Shown here piece after piece: positions 33,535 through 34,034 of a stretch of DNA of 34,034 nt. Position 1 is the first letter of the stretch, and each line of letters opens with the position of its first letter. The notes beneath the pieces were generated by a model. That model saw nothing but the letters and a program-made list of their open reading frames with translations. It did not search any database and was not told where the DNA came from. This DNA is from Antechinus flavipes (taxonomy: Eukaryota), in the NCBI RefSeq assembly GCF_016432865.1, contig NC_067401.1, positions 379,965,967 through 380,000,000 of the forward strand, in the 5' to 3' direction. Both the position numbers and the translations under genes were made by a program.

Positions 33535-33740
33535 AATGGGATTTGGAAGCTGAAAAGGGACTTGGGGATCATATGGTTGGATCCTTTCATTTTTATAGAT
33601 CTGTAAACTGAGGCTCAGAAAAGGAGAATTCTTAAGATTGACAGCAAGTGAGCGATAAGTCATCATCGAGTTCCTCTGGTTGGTTGAACCTTAGTTTGCC
33701 CCAATTCCAAGTTCAGTCCCAAAAAGATAAGAACCAGACT
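33535..33740 (-). mobile_element. MIR3-like SINE
   Basis: GGAAGCTGAAAAGGGACTTGGGGATCAT...TTTTATAGATCTGTAAACTGAGGCTCAGA. Confidence 0.6.
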
Positions 33741-34034
33741 TGAAATCGCCCTGGCCTCCAAACCTCCCTCTTTGCAATGCAGGTAAGCACTTTCTCCTCT
33801 GCCTAGGACCCCAAGGTTAGGGAACTAACCCAGAGACAAATAACCAATAACATTTGAAAATGAAATTGAAACTGGGCTGAATACAAAAGGTGCCGAAACT
33901 GTCCTGGGGAGTTTACAACCTGACCTGCAAGATAAGGGACCTAAGTGAAAAGATCTTCTTAGTGACAAAGACACAAAGGAGTGTACATGAATATAATGCA
34001 AACTAAATTCGAGCATCCAGAAGAGATGCAAATT

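Overview
Non-coding mammalian genomic DNA, almost certainly from an Australian marsupial and most likely a dasyurid. This is an inference from the repeat complement: WSINE1-, MAR1- and WALLSI-like SINEs, marsupial L1 3' ends, RTE-derived sequence and hAT MITEs. Four short N-gaps point to a short-read scaffold. I can support no host protein-coding exon. The only recognisable protein sequences are C-terminal L1 ORF2 fragments and a decayed RTE fragment. Much of the window is retroposon or DNA-transposon debris. The best-resolved events are three young 5'-truncated L1 insertions with perfect 16-17 bp TSDs, a solo LTR with a probable 6-bp TSD, a near full-length 7SL (SRP RNA) retrocopy, two hAT MITEs and several local tandem duplications. 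Between the repeats lie unique islands that retain CpGs and are rich in TAAT motifs (about 0.3-1.0, 18.1-18.4 and 24.6-25.3 kb). These look like conserved enhancers of a developmental-gene locus that I cannot identify. I found no convincing previously undescribed biological system. The most useful leads are a shared patterned L1 tail, an unexplained 137-bp hairpin element and the enhancer-like islands. Repeat family names are recalled from consensus sequences, not searched, and boundaries of old repeats are approximate.
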